The notes: generated by a model from the sequence alone, not told the origin. A stretch of DNA of 64,000 bases from Armatimonadota bacterium (GCA_963677485.1 OY781964.1:2240001-2304000), one strand, 5' to 3'; positions 9,378 to 19,688 are shown, counted from the first letter of the stretch. Numbers and translations: made by a program.

Positions 9378-10529
9378 ATGCTCTCACGTCGAGCAACGGT
9401 CGTTCTGTCATTCATCATATGCCTCTGTGTCATCATCGCATCAGGCTGTCCTGCAGCCATTACGAAAACAGCCAAAAAGAAGGTGCTCCACACCAAGCTT
9501 TCCACCGTCAATAAGCAAATTCGGCAGAAGCGGGCCCAAATTCGCCAGGTCAAAAAGACCAAAGCGGTGGTGCATAGCCAGCTCAAGAACATTCAACACG
9601 AACTGAACAATACCCGCCATACCATCCTGACCACACACCAAAAGCTAGTCATCGCCCGTGCGCAATACAACGCCAAAAAGCATGAGCTGGAAGTGATCCG
9701 TCAGCGGCTGAAGGATCGGCAAGCACTGCTGAGCAAGCGTGTACGCGCCAGCTATATGCAGGGAAACACCGGCTACCTGACAGCCATTGTACGCTCCAAG
9801 AACATGAGCCAGTTAGTCAGTCGCTCCTATGTGATAGGGCGCATCGCCAGGTATGACAGCAGCTTGATCCGTCAAATTAAGACCGATGTGGAAGGCGCAC
9901 AGATTGCCGAACGCAGTATGGCCAACAGAAACCGCGAGATTACCAGACTAGAGCAGCAGCTTCAACAAGAAGCGGTCACGCTGAAATCCAAGAGCAACCA
10001 GAAATACGCTGCTCTGAGCGATGTTAAGAGCCAGCAGCGCGAACTGGAGCAATCCCTGGACGAACTAGAAGAGGTTTCTCAGCAGATCACCAGCTCGCTG
10101 CGGGCCATGGAGCAAACACCTGTCGGCCGGCGGATGGCCAAGATGCAGTTTAAAGGCGGCTTTTTGAGGCCTGTTCCTGGGCGCGTGTCTTCTCCGTTTG
10201 GCTGGCGGCGCCACCCCATCCTTGGACGTATGAAGCTGCATACCGGTGTGGACCTGGCTTCCGGTTATGGCACACCCATCCACGCGGCGGCTAGCGGTGT
10301 GGTGGTTTATGCCAGCTACATGCGCGCTTATGGCAATGCGGTTATCATCAACCACGGCGGCGGTGTGACCACGCTATATGGCCATTGCAGTTGGCTGGGT
10401 GTGCGCACCGGTGAGGAAGTCCGTCAGGGGCAAGTGATCGCACGTGTGGGCTCTACCGGTTACAGCACGGGGCCGCACTGCCACTTTGAAGTGCGCCGGC
10501 ACGGCGTACCCGTCTGCCCGCCGTTCTGA
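9378..10529 (+). CDS. Coiled-coil M23 family peptidase (EnvC-like FtsEX partner)
   Basis: Signal peptide, long coiled coil, C-terminal LHTGVDLA...TLYGHCS...STGPHCHFEVR. Confidence 0.9.
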   Translation: MLSRRATVVLSFIICLCVIIASGCPAAITKTAKKKVLHTKLSTVNKQIRQKRAQIRQVKKTKAVVHSQLKNIQHELNNTRHTILTTHQKLVIARAQYNAKKHELEVIRQRLKDRQALLSKRVRASYMQGNTGYLTAIVRSKNMSQLVSRSYVIGRIARYDSSLIRQIKTDVEGAQIAERSMANRNREITRLEQQLQQEAVTLKSKSNQKYAALSDVKSQQRELEQSLDELEEVSQQITSSLRAMEQTPVGRRMAKMQFKGGFLRPVPGRVSSPFGWRRHPILGRMKLHTGVDLASGYGTPIHAAASGVVVYASYMRAYGNAVIINHGGGVTTLYGHCSWLGVRTGEEVRQGQVIARVGSTGYSTGPHCHFEVRRHGVPVCPPF

Positions 10530-10559
10530 TGGTGGTGACCGGCTGAAGGGAAATCTTCA

Positions 10560-10591
10560 CGGCCCGGGGCAGATGCTCCGGGCCGTTTTTT
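10560..10591 (+). terminator. Rho-independent terminator of the ftsEX-M23 operon
   Basis: CGGCCCGGGGC-AGAT-GCTCCGGGCCG followed by TTTTTT. Confidence 0.85.
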
Positions 10592-10620
10592 GCTGGAGGG
10601 GTCAATTGCCCGCATCTGTC

Positions 10621-10666
10621 GATAAGCACCTGCCCGTGCTGGCACGGCAGCCCAGATTGTAGCTGA
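10621..10666 (+). repeat. Short palindromic repeat, family B (inverted copy at 47968-48012)
   Basis: ATAAGCACCTGCCCGTGCTGGCACGGCAGCCCAGA closely matches the reverse complement of 47978-48012. Confidence 0.75.
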
Positions 10667-10730
10667 TGATGTCATGCTGAGGCGATAGAGTGATATGCGA
10701 ATGGCTGTCCGCCTCTATTGCGGCCAAGCA

Positions 10731-10911
10731 TTGCCTATGTCCGGGGCGGTCTGGCAGGATGCTAGCGGATGCAGAAGGCTCAAGACCGCGCCGGTCTGGC
10801 GGAAAGCCATGAAAGATATGTGTCAGGAAAAAGACCGGCGCGGTCTATCGACAGTGGCCTCCGCAGGCGTACTGACAGACCGCCCCGGACATAGCCAACC
10901 CAGTTACTTAC
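10731..10911 (+). mobile_element. MITE/REPIN-like element, family A (~165 bp, TIR CTATGTCCGGGGCGGTCTG)
   Basis: Terminal inverted repeats plus an internal inverted pair AGACCGCGCCGGTCT/AGACCGGCGCGGTCT. Close inverted copy at 47711-47890 and partial copy at 63707-63767. Confidence 0.75.
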
Positions 10912-11009
10912 AAACGACTGGGTTTAATCATCCCATGTATCGTGATTTATCGGTATTTTCATAATCATGACATCCCCTGTTTTGCGGCGGATATGAGTGG
11001 CGGCCTGGT

Positions 11010-11040
11010 TTGACAAAGTCCTTAAGCTCATCTATATAAT
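11010..11040 (+). promoter_or_regulatory. Possible sigma70-type promoter
   Basis: TTGACA (11010-15) and TATAAT (11035-40); the 19-nt spacer is longer than optimal. Confidence 0.4.
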
Positions 11041-11113
11041 GTGATTAGGATACCAAGCAGAATAGAGGGTGAATGATCGCTCTGGAGTCCGTAGTACCCA
11101 ACATACCATCCTA

Positions 11114-11656
11114 ATGAAAAACACCCTGATCAGCCTCATGACACTCATACTCATCACATGCATGTGCGCGCCAGCCGCATGGTCTGCGGATGATGCCGAC
11201 ATGACAAACTGGGTAAAGGCAGGCGGTGCGCTGATACGCATCAGACCGGAGCCGTTGTCCACGATCGACGGCTCAAAGGAGTGGCAGTCGAAGCTGTTTG
11301 GTCCGGCATCGACAGTATTATCCACCTCATGGGAGCAGGCGAAACAACTCGGCAAGGGATATACCCTGTTGATACCGGATGCATATCGCACGCGGAAGGA
11401 GATCGCCGGGGTGATGGACAGACTGCTCTCCGGCATAGGCAGCCTGGGTCTTGGATTCGTCGCCCCGCCACGAGTGTCCGGCGCCCCGGAGCTCTATGGG
11501 TGCCTGATGCAGGCCAGTTTCATGCTCCTGAACGCGAACCCCTCCCCGGTGACGGCAGTGTATGACATACCCCTCCCCGGCGGGAAGCGTATGCCGGGAT
11601 CGGTGTTGATGCCGGGATACTCGAACACGAGGTTGAGTTGGAGCAGTGAGCTGTAA
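11114..11656 (+). CDS. Hypothetical secreted protein
   Basis: MKNTLISLMTLILITCMCAPAAWS signal peptide; no recognised domain. Confidence 0.6.
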   Translation: MKNTLISLMTLILITCMCAPAAWSADDADMTNWVKAGGALIRIRPEPLSTIDGSKEWQSKLFGPASTVLSTSWEQAKQLGKGYTLLIPDAYRTRKEIAGVMDRLLSGIGSLGLGFVAPPRVSGAPELYGCLMQASFMLLNANPSPVTAVYDIPLPGGKRMPGSVLMPGYSNTRLSWSSEL

Positions 11657-11778
11657 GACGGGCAACTGATGCTTAGGTTGGGCCCCGCTTGAAAGGGCCT
11701 CTTCACACGCTCATTCCGCCGTACCACTGAAGATGGTGTTGGTGGCGCATATGAAAACCCCTCCACGGAACTTTACGC

Positions 11779-12579
11779 CTAATGTATCACCATACGCTCC
11801 CATTCTCGGCCAACGGCTTCCAGGAAGGCTAGCGGGTCGCCGATCTGCGATGGCTCAATCGCCAAGGTGCGGGCCAGCGGCTGGGCGATATTCATTGCCA
11901 GATCGCGAGCTACGAAAGGCTGCAGCTCGCTTCTCCGATTTAAAAAATGGCGCAGCGTGCGGTAATCATCCTTCGAAATACGGCTGATATTTGGGATCGC
12001 CTCAGTTGGTAGAACCGTTGACGTTTGTGCGACTGCGGTGTATGCTGTAGATGCAGGCTTAGGGCTGGCCGTCACAGCGTCGGGCACACGCCCCACCTTA
12101 ACTACCAGCGTGCCAGCTACGTAGTCGCCAAGCCGTCGATACTGCGGGCTGAAAAACGCGGATATGATGCCGATGCCGTAGGCTCCGGGTAAACTGTCTA
12201 CGATGCGCATCACGTTCCTGAGCAGCGCCGCACGGAAGTCGATGGGGTGACCTGTGTCGCGGATGACGCGGATGTCAGCATACTTTTTACCTGGAGTTTG
12301 ACCGTTTCGTGCGGCCTCAAAATAGAGGAAATAGCCGCTGAAAAGGACAAAATATACCAGGATGATGACCGCGATTATCCATGGCGACAATGCAGCGACG
12401 TCCTCAAGTTGGCTCAACCAAACAACTCCGCCAAGTGCGAGCGCTACCCAGATGACGATCGCGATGAGTGCCTGAAGCAGCGAGTCGACCAGTATCGCGA
12501 TAAACCGTGAGCCGATACCGGCGAGTTCGAAACGCAATTCAACCTGTTCCGGTGTCATGATAACCACTTCGCGATCCAT
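11779..12579 (-). CDS. RDD family membrane protein
   Basis: TPEQVELRFELAGIGSRFIAILVD, GQTPGKK...IRVI, RRLGDYVAGTLVV. Confidence 0.92.
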   Translation of the reverse strand: MDREVVIMTPEQVELRFELAGIGSRFIAILVDSLLQALIAIVIWVALALGGVVWLSQLEDVAALSPWIIAVIILVYFVLFSGYFLYFEAARNGQTPGKKYADIRVIRDTGHPIDFRAALLRNVMRIVDSLPGAYGIGIISAFFSPQYRRLGDYVAGTLVVKVGRVPDAVTASPKPASTAYTAVAQTSTVLPTEAIPNISRISKDDYRTLRHFLNRRSELQPFVARDLAMNIAQPLARTLAIEPSQIGDPLAFLEAVGREWERMVIH

Positions 12580-12605
12580 TAGGTATCCTCCAGGGAGCTA
12601 GATTA

Positions 12606-13583
12606 ATGAAACAAACCGAGATAGATACATTTAAAAGACTTGAAGAGACGCTTGGGCGCATTGAGCATGGCGGACTTCACAGCCTGAAGAGCGATGAGCT
12701 ACTCTCATTCGGCTCGTTGTATCGGCGTGCTGCTTCGGCTCTCTCATCTGCCAGAAGCCAGGGCGTTAATGATGCTCAGATTGACTATCTTAACGGGCTG
12801 GTGTCTCGCGCCTACGGCCACATATACGTCAGTAACCCTAAGGGGTGGCCTTCAGTCGCAGCCTTCTTCAAAACAGATTTTCCCCAAACGTTCCGAAAAA
12901 ACCTCTATTTCATCGCCCTTGCGTTTATTATCTCGGTCATAGCGGCCGCTTTCGCCTACGGAGTGGTCAGTAAGGATATCGGTGTCGCCGATATCGTGAT
13001 GGGGCCTGGTGCCTCGGAGACGATAGACGAGGTGGCCAGTCGCCACGAGGGCACCAAAGACTGGATGCCCGCCGAAAAACGTCCGATGATGTCCAGCTTT
13101 ATCATAACCAACAATATCAGGGTGGCGGCTATTGCGTTCGCCACAGGTATCGGTGCTGGCATCGGCACCTTCCTTATTCTATTCTCCAACGGGTTGATGC
13201 TGGGTGTGATTGGTGCCGCTGTCGCTGCACGCGGGGCACATGTAGCGTGGGGCTTTTGGAGCTTCGTGTGGCCGCATGGTGTGATTGAGCTCACGGCGAT
13301 CTTTATCGCAGGCGGAGCAGGGTTGATGCTCGGGTGGGCCGTGTTGAACCCAGGGGACTACTCGCGCGCAAATGCGTTGAAGCTGGCAGGACGAGAAGCG
13401 TTCAAACTGTTGATGGGGGTCACCGCGATGCTAGTGGTGGCTGGCATCATTGAAGGATTTCTATCGCCATCTATGCTGCCTAACCAGGTGAAACTTGCCT
13501 GTGCAGGTGCTATAGGTGTGGCTCAGTTCAGCTACCTGTTTTTGGCGGGTAAGCAGATGCCTCGGAAGCCATCAAGGTTGTAG
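12606..13583 (+). CDS. Stage II sporulation protein M (SpoIIM/DUF95) family membrane protein
   Basis: LYRRAAS.LS.A, IITNNIRVA..AFA.G, PHGVIELTAIFIAGGAGL, AGIIEGFLSP. Confidence 0.92.
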   Translation: MKQTEIDTFKRLEETLGRIEHGGLHSLKSDELLSFGSLYRRAASALSSARSQGVNDAQIDYLNGLVSRAYGHIYVSNPKGWPSVAAFFKTDFPQTFRKNLYFIALAFIISVIAAAFAYGVVSKDIGVADIVMGPGASETIDEVASRHEGTKDWMPAEKRPMMSSFIITNNIRVAAIAFATGIGAGIGTFLILFSNGLMLGVIGAAVAARGAHVAWGFWSFVWPHGVIELTAIFIAGGAGLMLGWAVLNPGDYSRANALKLAGREAFKLLMGVTAMLVVAGIIEGFLSPSMLPNQVKLACAGAIGVAQFSYLFLAGKQMPRKPSRL

Positions 13584-13991
13584 ACTTTTCGCGAGGCGAT
13601 TCGGCTTCGCGGAGACGTAACGAGCGTGGCCTGGCGTGGAATCAGTATCAACCGCGGAGGCATCGCTCCAGCAGTTGATTTACTTTTTGACCACCTCCAT
13701 ATAGAGCTTCATGAACATCCTAGCTGCTGCAGGTGGGGTGATGGCCTGCTGGCATTGCGTGTAGAAGCTGAGGTTCGCCGCATCTATGGCTACATGACGT
13801 TATTGAGTGTATGATTTATATTAGTCAACAAAAAGGATACGGGCCTTATGTTGGCGAAATGTAGCATACAGCCAGGCGTGGTCGCTGGATCTAACTGGAC
13901 GCATCAGGCAGCCAGCGATTTACAACTATACGACTAGTTTATGAAGCCGCACGCAGGTTGCTCAAAACAACCTATTACAGGGGGTAACAGT

Positions 13992-14849
13992 ATGGCACAG
14001 GGAATCCTTCGCCCGCTTTCATATGGGGATCTCTTCGATGAGCTATTCGATCTCTACAAAAAGAACTTCATACTTTTTGTGGGCATATCGGCGGTTTTGT
14101 TAATTCCAATTTATGCGATTGGACATGGTATCGGCACGAAAAACGCCATTGATACTACTCAGGTTTTGGCCATTCTTGCTTCGTATGTGATTCTGGCCGT
14201 GACGACATTCGCAGTGGCACAATGCTATCTAGGCAATAAAACCACAATAAAGGATTCGTATAAGGCAGTTGGACGCTCAATCGTACCATTCTTTTTAACA
14301 CTTTTTGGAGTATTATTTCGCATATTGGGTATGAGCCTATTGGCTTCCATACCAATGATGGCGCTAATATTTCTGAAAGTTGATTCCATTTTTGTTTTTA
14401 TTGCTGCATTTATACCCATTGTGCCGTGCATCATGTTGGCCTTTAGGTATGCCTTCGTGTCGCAGGTATTTGTACTTGAAGGAAAGAGGGGTAATGACGG
14501 CAGGTCAAGAAGTGCAACGCTAGCCAGGCATAACACGGGTCGAATATTTGTGGTTTTACTACTGACTACGATCCTAGTGTTAATACTTCAGATGATTTTA
14601 ATGTCACCCATTTTAGCCATTGTGCCAGTGAATTTGGGAAGAACGGCGCTAATCATTACGGGCCTTAGCACCGGTATTGTCACCGCATTGATTGGTCCAA
14701 TACAGATGATGGCATTAGTGTTGTTGTATTACGATATTCGGGTGAGGGAAGAGGGCTTCGACATCCAGATGCTGGCCAGTAATATGGGTATGGCGTTACC
14801 GGCTGCACCGGCTGCACCGAAACCAACGGATCTGAATGGATCATTCTAG
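13992..14849 (+). CDS. Multi-pass membrane protein (GDPD membrane-domain-like) of the MoxR cluster
   Basis: LRPLSYGDLFDELFDLYKKNF N-terminus and LLYYDIRVREEGFDI C-terminus; about 6 TM helices. Confidence 0.8.
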   Translation: MAQGILRPLSYGDLFDELFDLYKKNFILFVGISAVLLIPIYAIGHGIGTKNAIDTTQVLAILASYVILAVTTFAVAQCYLGNKTTIKDSYKAVGRSIVPFFLTLFGVLFRILGMSLLASIPMMALIFLKVDSIFVFIAAFIPIVPCIMLAFRYAFVSQVFVLEGKRGNDGRSRSATLARHNTGRIFVVLLLTTILVLILQMILMSPILAIVPVNLGRTALIITGLSTGIVTALIGPIQMMALVLLYYDIRVREEGFDIQMLASNMGMALPAAPAAPKPTDLNGSF

Positions 14850-14876
14850 GTAACAACCGGAAGCAAGAGGGCATAT

Positions 14877-15899
14877 TTGACCTTAGCATACCTGAAATCT
14901 AGCCGTACGAACACTATCGTCCTGAGCCTGGTATTGACCGGGCTCTGGACGTGTTCCTGTGGTGCGGTGAAAGCGGAAACTATCGCAGAATATGACCGCG
15001 AGTTGGCGTCGGTCAGCCGTGAGCTCACCATCTTGCGGGAAAACGAAAAAGCTGAGCCTGGATCGGCCACGAGTGCGTTGAAGAGTCTGTCCACCAGGGT
15101 GCGTCCAGATATGGATGTCTCGGTGAGCAACGGCGAGACAATTCATGTGGATCTGGGCTGGATATCAAAAGGCATAGACGCAGTGGCGAAACGGGAGCCC
15201 AAAACGCGGTTACAGCGCATCGATAGTCTTGTGGAGCGCGTAGACGCTCAGCGTAGTGCCGCATTGAGTTTCCCCACTATCGATCAAAACTCGGTTGACA
15301 GATCGGAAGCCAAGTTAAAGTCAATATTGGCGGGTTCAGAATACCAGCCATCATGGCTCGAACGTCTCACACGTACAATCCAGTCGTGGCTATATGGACT
15401 ACTCGCGAAACTGCACATACCCTCCTCCGTCGGCAAATTCATCGGATGGCTCACGGTGGTGGTCGCTGCGATCGCGTTCATCGTGGCCGTTATCTTTCTA
15501 GTCTGGCGGCTGCTGGTGGCGGCGTCGCTGGTCAGGTTAAATCGGCCATCACCTCATGCCAAGGCTCAACCAGCGCCGCGGATACCCACACAAACCGCAG
15601 TGATGGATGAAGCGGAGCGCCACGCGGCAGCCGGACGATATAAAGAGGCGTTTAGGGCCGTCTATATGGCAGCGATACTGGCCCTCGACCGTGCGAAGCT
15701 TGTGAAATACATCGACGGTGTCACTAACTGGGAATACCTGAGGGCTCTCACAAAACAGGATCGTGTTCAAGCCGTGCCGCCTTTCAAGGCGATGACCGGC
15801 ACATTCGATAGACTGATCTACGGTAAACAGCTCATTTCGGAGAGCGACTACACCGAGTGTAAAGCACACTATGTGGCTCTTATAGAGGTGCTGAAGTGA
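14877..15899 (+). CDS. DUF4129 domain membrane protein
   Basis: AAAGRYKEAFRAVY...TNWEYLRAL...FDRLIYG C-terminal signature after a TM segment. Confidence 0.85.
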   Translation: MTLAYLKSSRTNTIVLSLVLTGLWTCSCGAVKAETIAEYDRELASVSRELTILRENEKAEPGSATSALKSLSTRVRPDMDVSVSNGETIHVDLGWISKGIDAVAKREPKTRLQRIDSLVERVDAQRSAALSFPTIDQNSVDRSEAKLKSILAGSEYQPSWLERLTRTIQSWLYGLLAKLHIPSSVGKFIGWLTVVVAAIAFIVAVIFLVWRLLVAASLVRLNRPSPHAKAQPAPRIPTQTAVMDEAERHAAAGRYKEAFRAVYMAAILALDRAKLVKYIDGVTNWEYLRALTKQDRVQAVPPFKAMTGTFDRLIYGKQLISESDYTECKAHYVALIEVLK

Positions 15900-17116
15900 A
15901 CAGGCTTTCGGGCGATGTGAAGATACTGATCGGGCTGCTGTTGTTCTTGATCATAATGGCCTGTCTCTTTAGCGGAAGGCAGCCAGACGATGGGACTATG
16001 GATTATGTGCCTATACGCAGCAGCTATTCTGTCCGCCGAGGTGGAGTCAAAGCCCTTTACGACACACTAAAAGCCATTGACTATCCCGTGCAGCGTAATA
16101 CCTCGGAGTTAACCGCACAGATTGATGATGGTGTGCTGTTTGTGATCTCTCCGATAACCCCCATATCACAACAGGAGTGGGACGCGCTGGCCCAGTGGGT
16201 GCATCGTGGGAATCTATTGGTATATGCCTGTGATACTGCGCAAGTACCAGAGGAGTTTGACAAGGATCTGCAGATATCCCATTCCGCTCCTTCAGCACCC
16301 TCGTTCCTGACGCCAGGTGTGCGCAAGGTCGATATCTTCGGTAGATTCCGCACCGATACTGAGATGCAGTTTTCGGAATCATCCGAGGCACCACCAAAGA
16401 TAGTCACGCGAAAGATAGGAATGGGTGCGAAACCCCGGCGCGTAAGCAATGCACCAAGGCTGTCGATCATTCCGCTGTTTTCCGATAGCGCGGGAACCGT
16501 GGTGGGCTACAGCCGGTGGGGGCGTGGTGAGGTCATTACTCTGGCTGATGGATGGTTGCTTTCGAATCGTGGCATCAATCAGGGCGACAACTTCCGAATG
16601 GTGCTAAACGCGCTGCAGCACCAGAACCCGACGCGAAAGCTGATGGTCACCTTCGATGAGTATCACCACGGGTATGGTGGTCAGAAGGGTATCATGTCGC
16701 TGATCGACCTGCCTGCGAAAATCGGGCTCGGCGTGATCGCGGTCGCCTTCATACTGCTGGTATTTTCGGCATCACGCCGCTTCGGTAAACCCATTCCGTT
16801 GCTGGAGGAGGGGCGGCAGCGAGGGGAGTATCTCAGCTCAATGTCTGCTCTGCTGAGAAGGGGACGAGCCACCGAACTGGTGCGTCAGGAGCTAGGACAG
16901 CGTTTCCTTTCTGAGACGGCGATCGCAGTTGGAGTCGCACCGGAATCCAAAGTAGACACCATTATTTTAGCCGCGGAGAAGCGGTATCCCGATAAGGTGG
17001 CCGTGCTTCGTGAACTGTGCGAGGCGGCCGTATCCAATGCCCCAGTAAATGACGAGACAGCCATACTAACGATGGCCAGACGATGGCACAAGATGAAAGA
17101 GGAACTGACAAAATGA
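15896..17116 (+). CDS. DUF4350 domain protein
   Basis: SSYS...GGVKALYD.L, GRGEVI, LSNRGI..GDN, FDEYHHG, RRFGKP; conserved position before moxR. Confidence 0.85.
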   Translation: MNRLSGDVKILIGLLLFLIIMACLFSGRQPDDGTMDYVPIRSSYSVRRGGVKALYDTLKAIDYPVQRNTSELTAQIDDGVLFVISPITPISQQEWDALAQWVHRGNLLVYACDTAQVPEEFDKDLQISHSAPSAPSFLTPGVRKVDIFGRFRTDTEMQFSESSEAPPKIVTRKIGMGAKPRRVSNAPRLSIIPLFSDSAGTVVGYSRWGRGEVITLADGWLLSNRGINQGDNFRMVLNALQHQNPTRKLMVTFDEYHHGYGGQKGIMSLIDLPAKIGLGVIAVAFILLVFSASRRFGKPIPLLEEGRQRGEYLSSMSALLRRGRATELVRQELGQRFLSETAIAVGVAPESKVDTIILAAEKRYPDKVAVLRELCEAAVSNAPVNDETAILTMARRWHKMKEELTK

Positions 17117-18060
17117 CGGTTTACGAACTGGGAGAATATCTCAGAGGCGAAATGAGAAAAGTGATCGCAGGCCAGGACGATGTCATCGAGCAGATGATCG
17201 TCTGTCTGCTCTCAAAAGGGCATGTGTTGTTGGAGGGTGTGCCGGGCATCGCTAAGACATTAATCGCAAAAACCATGGCGCACGTGATAGGCAGCGAGTT
17301 TAAGCGCATCCAGTTCACGCCAGACCTGATGCCGACCGATGTCACTGGCACCTATGTTTATGACTCTAAAACGTCCGAATTCCGACTGAAAAAGGGGCCG
17401 GTATTCACCAATGTGCTGCTGGCAGACGAAATAAACCGAACACCGCCTCGGACGCAATCGGCCATGCTGGAAGCGATGGAAGAGAAGAAGGTCTCCATCG
17501 ATGGCATTGAGCATCTGCTGGACGGTGTGTTTTTTGTGGCGGCCACACAGAACCCCATCGAATACGAAGGCACCTACCCGCTGCCTGAGGCGCAACTCGA
17601 CCGCTTTTTAATGAAGCTGCTTGTGGACTATCCAGGTGAGGGTGATGAACTGGCTGTGGTACGTCACTCGCATGAAGGGTTCAACCCGCATGATCTGGCG
17701 GCTGCGGGGCTATGTCCCCTTGAAAATGCTCAGATACTGACGGATGCCTTCCACGAAGTGCAGCAAGTCAAAGCCGATGACGGCGTGATCAAGTATGCAG
17801 TGGCTATCGCCCGCAAGAGCAGAGAGGCTTACCGCGTAATCCTTGGGGCCAGCCCGCGAGCCTCGGTGGCGCTTCTCAGATGTGGGAAAGCTCTGGCGGC
17901 ACTTCGCCAGCGCGATTACGTGACCCCTGATGACATCAAAAGCCTGGCCCTTCCCATCTTGCGCCATCGGTTAATTTTGTCGCCGGAATGTGCGATCGAG
18001 GGAGTAAAGGCCGATGAAGTAATAGCATCGTTATTGGCCTCTGTTCCTGTGCCGCGATGA
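17113..18060 (+). CDS. moxR: MoxR family AAA+ ATPase
   Basis: GHVLLEGVPGIAKT, RIQFTPDLMPTDVTG, LLADEINRTPPRTQSAMLEAMEE, ATQNPIEYEGTYPLPEAQLDRF. Confidence 0.95.
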   Translation: MTVYELGEYLRGEMRKVIAGQDDVIEQMIVCLLSKGHVLLEGVPGIAKTLIAKTMAHVIGSEFKRIQFTPDLMPTDVTGTYVYDSKTSEFRLKKGPVFTNVLLADEINRTPPRTQSAMLEAMEEKKVSIDGIEHLLDGVFFVAATQNPIEYEGTYPLPEAQLDRFLMKLLVDYPGEGDELAVVRHSHEGFNPHDLAAAGLCPLENAQILTDAFHEVQQVKADDGVIKYAVAIARKSREAYRVILGASPRASVALLRCGKALAALRQRDYVTPDDIKSLALPILRHRLILSPECAIEGVKADEVIASLLASVPVPR

Positions 18061-19421
18061 GCATTCCGAGCAAACCAGTAAAGCCGCGGATCTACCCCAC
18101 GCGACGCCTTGCTGCGGCAACGGCGCTGGGGTCGATTTGGTTCTTTGCCGCAGCCTGGACTGGCCCGGTATTACTTTGGATTGGTGCGTTCTATCTGCTG
18201 ATACTGCTGGTTCTGGCGGTGCTAGACAGCCGTTACGTCGCCGATTCGCGCGAATGCAGTGTCTCCAGAAGCATCGACACAGTGCTATCGCTGGGTGAGC
18301 CGAACGCCATCTGGGTGGAGGCCGTACACCGCGGCAAACAGTTCATCCGGGTAGTCGTGAGAGACGAGCCTCCGATTGACTACCGCTGTGAGAGCTCCAT
18401 TGTTCGGTTTGAGCTGCAGCCGGAGGAGACCGCGAAGGCCAACTACAAAGTCAAACCGCTCGAGCGAGGCGACTACCAGTTCGGCGATGTGAATGTGAGG
18501 TTCACCACCCGTCTTGGGCTAGTGATGCGCCAGGTCGTGGTACCCTCCCAAGTGATGGTGAAGGTATACCCGGACGTATTCCAGACCAAGAAGCATCTCA
18601 TCTTAGCTCGAGAGAACCGCGCGAACATGATGGGCTTGCGAAGGTCAAGGATGTTAGGGCAGGGGCAGGAGTTTGAACGTCTGCGTGACTACGTGCCGGA
18701 CGACCCGCTGAGGCATGTAGACTGGAAAGCCACCGCGCGTCGGGGCAGTTTAATCACCCGCGAATACAACGTTGAGCAGAGTCAGAACATCATGATCGTG
18801 CTAGATATGGGGCGCACCATGGCCAGCCGAACCGAGGAAAGCGACGGCCAATTGGGCATGAGCAAAGCGGACTACGCCATCAACGCCGCGATATTGTTGG
18901 CCCATGTCGCGGCGGAATCGGATGATAGAGTAGGGTTGTTCTGTTTCGCTAAATCCCCGATAGCCTTCCTTGCTCCGGGTAAGGGTGCTGCTCAAGCTGC
19001 GGCGTTGATGGAGACGTTATACCCGCTTCAACCGCGTATCGAGGAGTCGGATTACTACGAGAGCCTGGCTCTGTTGAGCCACCGGCAGAGGAAGCGATCG
19101 TTGATATTCCTGCTGACCGACCTGGTGGATACCGAGTCTTCACGTTCGTTGATTTCAAGCGTGGCGATGCTGGTGCGGAAGCACCTTGTGGTGTGTGTGG
19201 CCATCGCAGATTATGAGCTGCCCTCGATCGTCGCTGCTCAGCCCGAACGTGTCTCCGATCTGTATACGCAGACGGCGGCAGCCAGCGTGATGCGCGACCG
19301 TAAGTCGGCACTCTCACAGCTTTCGCGGCTGGGTGTGGTGACGCTGGATGCCACGCCAGCGGACCTTTCTGTGGCGACAGTGAATAAGTACCTACAGCTG
19401 AAGCGCGAGGCACGGATATAA
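18057..19421 (+). CDS. DUF58 (vWA-like) protein
   Basis: GQEFERLRDYVPDDPLRHVDWKATAR, VLDMGRTM, DDRVGL. Confidence 0.93.
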   Translation: MSIPSKPVKPRIYPTRRLAAATALGSIWFFAAAWTGPVLLWIGAFYLLILLVLAVLDSRYVADSRECSVSRSIDTVLSLGEPNAIWVEAVHRGKQFIRVVVRDEPPIDYRCESSIVRFELQPEETAKANYKVKPLERGDYQFGDVNVRFTTRLGLVMRQVVVPSQVMVKVYPDVFQTKKHLILARENRANMMGLRRSRMLGQGQEFERLRDYVPDDPLRHVDWKATARRGSLITREYNVEQSQNIMIVLDMGRTMASRTEESDGQLGMSKADYAINAAILLAHVAAESDDRVGLFCFAKSPIAFLAPGKGAAQAAALMETLYPLQPRIEESDYYESLALLSHRQRKRSLIFLLTDLVDTESSRSLISSVAMLVRKHLVVCVAIADYELPSIVAAQPERVSDLYTQTAAASVMRDRKSALSQLSRLGVVTLDATPADLSVATVNKYLQLKREARI

Positions 19422-19688
19422 CACTTCGTGTGTTGACGGCGCCAATCGTGTGGTAGCCCGTGATAGTCATGGAGCACCCTTCCGGCGCGCTTTATCGGAT
19501 AGCCCTCCCACTACGCGGTATGAATGGCTGTCCGGTCGAGTCGTCATGCGGCAACCATAACAGCAACTCCCCCCAACCTTCGAGTGCTTGATTGCCAGTT
19601 GCGCAATCTGATCTGTGACCAGTGGTGATAAACGAAGGCGATGGGACTTATTGGTGATCGGCGGAACCCCACCGTCACAGTCAGGAGC

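Noticed and set aside
12606-13583. Sporulation capability inferred from spoIIM-like and spoIID-like genes
   Set aside because: Both families are widespread in non-sporulating bacteria and no sporulation-specific genes are present.
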